Shown: piece after piece, positions 62,889-64,000 of the stretch
Position numbering within the stretch: position 1 is the stretch's first letter
Layout of the letters: each line of letters begins with the position of its first letter
Made by a program: the position numbers and the translations under genes
DNA from: Felis catus
Lineage: Eukaryota
Direction: 5' to 3'
Length of the DNA stretch: 64,000 nt
Assembly (NCBI RefSeq): GCF_018350175.1
Contig: NC_058369.1
Span: 22,446,001 to 22,510,000, forward strand
Notes under the pieces: model-generated
Databases searched by the model: none
Told to the model about the DNA's origin: nothing
Seen by the model: the letters and a program-made list of their open reading frames with translations, nothing else

Positions 62889-64000
62889 CCCATGGGCACA
62901 GGAGGAAAGTGGGCTTCCTGAAGTTACATTATCAGAGAACACATAAGCCGTGCTCAGTTCCACTGGCAAGACAGCATGGCCTGCGGGCTGGAAGCTGTTC
63001 TGTATTTGTCCCCCATTTATTAATACAATTTGCTCACAGCAAAGGTTTCCCAGCCTCTTTCTAAGAGGCAGATATACTTGATTCACCCACAGGACTGTTA
63101 TCATTACTGCATTCCTGTTTGGCTCTTTACAATTTAATTAGCACGGAGCAGCCAGGATACGTAAGTCTTCTCTATCTCCTCGCTCGCCTGAGGCACTATC
63201 TAAGCAGAAACTAGAGAAGTCCTCAGTGCTTGGGCCACTTGCTGCTACACACAGATGGCTTGTGGACCAAAGCGGGCTTCGTGGGGGAAACAATTCCACG
63301 CTCCTCTCCCCCCTACTGAGATGACAGTGCCCAGACCCCTCCTCTGTCTTGCCAGCTGTGAACTGGAGGGGTGCCAGCCATTCTGCCTGCTGGCCTCCTC
63401 TTCCCAGAGGGGTAGGATGCAATTACTTGGGATGTCATGGAGAATATTAACTAACTGGACTGTTGCAATCTCCCATATCCACATCTGGGCTGTCAGAGTG
63501 TGTAGAAATAGTAATGGGCAGCCTTAAAGTAAGACCCCCGGTTATCACTGCAGACCGGTATGTTCCCCTGAGCAACAAACGGGGAAGCCTCACAATGCTG
63601 CGGTGTGTCCAGTCACCCTGGAGCTGGTTGATGTTGGCCGAGGAAGGGCACAGACATGGCTTGGAGTAAGGCAACAGACACGTGGCAGATGTGCAGGGAT
63701 TGTTCAGGTGCAGTGGGAAGCAATTTGCTTTTATTTCTGAAATAAACCCACAGAAGCCAAGTGACCTTGAGGCTTGGGAGCACTTTTTGCAAACAGAATC
63801 TGCAGTGAAAAAGTCCTGGCCCGAGGGGGAGGAGTCTCAGTATGCAGATGAGGTCCAGGGGATGGGTGTAGAGGCCAGCAGTTAGGGTTCCCCTCCCAGC
63901 TCTGTCCTCACCATCTCAATCAGGCTCAACTTCATCATCTCAACCAGGGATGAGTACTAATGTGTGCCCGCATAGGGCTGTTCTGTGGATTAAATGCAGA

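Noticed and set aside
1..64000. CRISPR array, operon or other prokaryotic/viral system; host gene identity
   Set aside because: Mammalian repeat-rich DNA with no regularly spaced repeats and no long ORFs; I could not recognise any exon that names the locus

Overview
Mammalian genomic DNA from a felid (cat family), judged from about 26 tRNA-derived carnivore SINEs (SINEC_Fc-type, most with readable target-site duplications) and carnivore/felid L1 3' ends. The window looks intronic or intergenic. I could not support any protein-coding exon, RNA gene or CRISPR array. The ORF-track entries I could explain are SINE/LINE read-throughs, low-complexity sequence or decayed transposon coding relics. 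Older repeats include MIR, L2 (one copy keeps recognisable endonuclease sequence), CR1/L3, L1M, MaLR/ERVL solo LTRs and hAT DNA transposons (Zaphod-like with a transposase relic, MER45, MER63, MER103, MER117). The most unusual structures are: (1) a SINE-68 bp spacer-SINE composite inside a single 14-bp TSD, suggesting SINE-mediated transduction; (2) a CR1/L3 reverse-transcriptase relic bracketed by strong splice signals; (3) a perfect 22-bp inverted repeat inside an old L1; (4) a three-SINE nest that reuses one target site. Repeat subfamily names are from recalled consensus similarity, not a database search, and boundaries of old repeats are approximate. No clearly new biological system is demonstrable from sequence alone.
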